From: a virus | Taxonomy: Duplodnaviria > Caudoviricetes | Length of the DNA: 64,000 bases | Direction: 5' to 3' (one strand) | Virus record (IMG/VR): IMGVR_UViG_2923682817_000001 | Coordinates: 41,522-105,521 of that record | Shown here: positions 63,336-64,000 of the stretch, one piece after another | Layout: the number at the start of each line of letters is the position of its first letter | Position numbering within the stretch: position 1 is the first letter of the stretch | The notes under the pieces: model-generated | Database searches by the model: none | Told to the model about the DNA's origin: nothing | The model's input: the letters and a program-made list of their open reading frames with translations, nothing else | Translations under genes and position numbers: made by a program

Positions 63336-64000
63336 AGGATCACCACCTGTCGGTTACGCGCCCGCCACCGGCCGCCTGAGAGCATGCACCCGTCGTCGAC
63401 CCGCGGCGCTCGCCGGTCGCGCATCTGAAATCCCTGGTCGGTGTTACGCGACAGGGTGAGGGAGGAGTCGAAACGGCGGGTGCCGAGCTTGGACACCAGC
63501 CGCGACTCCAGGTGGTGGGCTGCCTCGGTGATCAGCCATGTTCCGTGCATCTGAGGGCTGACGGCCTTTCCGGTGAGGTTGACGAGCTGTCCGGGCAGGT
63601 GCTCGACGTCGGACAGGTGCTTGATCTGCATGGTCGCGTGCAGCCACTCCTCGTGCTCGACGCTCAGCGCCTGGGCGTTGGTGTAGAGGTCGGTCGGGGA
63701 GGTGATGGCGGTGTCGCGGGCAACGAAGTCTGGCGACGGTTTGCCGGGGGTCTGCTTGGCGTTGATCAGCCTGTTGGTGTCCAGGTCGAAACCGGTCAGG
63801 TCACGGCGGGCCTGCTTGCCGGCGCGCGGGACCAAGGTTCCGTACAGCGGTTCGACGTTGACCACGGCCTCGCCGTCGCGGCCCTTGTCCATCTTCACCG
63901 GCAGCGCCCGGGAGGTGCGGGCCATGGCCAGCGAGGCGGGGTCAACGAAGTACAGCACGCCGTTTTCCACGTGCACCCGCCGGCCGACCTCGCGTGCACG
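63332..64000 (-). CDS. Baseplate hub / late control D-like protein (5' end outside the window)
   Basis: L.PG..V.L.G....G.W.I....H; position upstream of the spike gene. Confidence 0.65.
   Translation of the reverse strand, partial: RAREVGRRVHVENGVLYFVDPASLAMARTSRALPVKMDKGRDGEAVVNVEPLYGTLVPRAGKQARRDLTGFDLDTNRLINAKQTPGKPSPDFVARDTAITSPTDLYTNAQALSVEHEEWLHATMQIKHLSDVEHLPGQLVNLTGKAVSPQMHGTWLITEAAHHLESRLVSKLGTRRFDSSLTLSRNTDQGFQMRDRRAPRVDDGCMLSGGRWRARNRQVVIL

Overview
A 64-kb segment of a large, high-GC tailed phage (or prophage) of an actinomycete. The host is inferred from WhiB, actinobacterial-type promoters and GC3 bias; the baseplate genes indicate a contractile tail. Five blocks are visible. 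(1) 1-15.4 kb: a divergent array of about 25 mostly unknown early/accessory genes (ArdC-like, HicA-like pair, DUF6573-like, a paralog triplet) built from repeated hairpin/promoter/leader cassettes, with 8 copies of a (G/A)AGGAAT-N12-ATTCC(T/C)Y dyad centred on the -35 box. (2) 15.4-20.1 kb: a 4-gene operon encoding a nucleotidyltransferase, a degenerate HAD protein, a disordered protein and a TGT/DpdA-fold protein. (3) 20-26.4 kb: a SpoVS-led block of small proteins, a probable HhH-glycosylase-like protein and a CHAP endolysin. (4) 26.5-52.3 kb: DNA metabolism and replication (RuvC, dNMP kinase, ThyX, Cas4-like, WhiB, RecA, NrdJ, PolA, SSB, SNF2, primase, DnaB, two HNH genes, DnaC-like loader, Rep initiator with internal iterons). 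A second dispersed motif, ATCC(C/G)AACT, links the putative origin to several intergenic regions. (5) 52.3-64 kb: holin-like and tail/baseplate genes. I saw no integrase, tRNA or CRISPR array. All calls come from manual motif recognition, not database searches.
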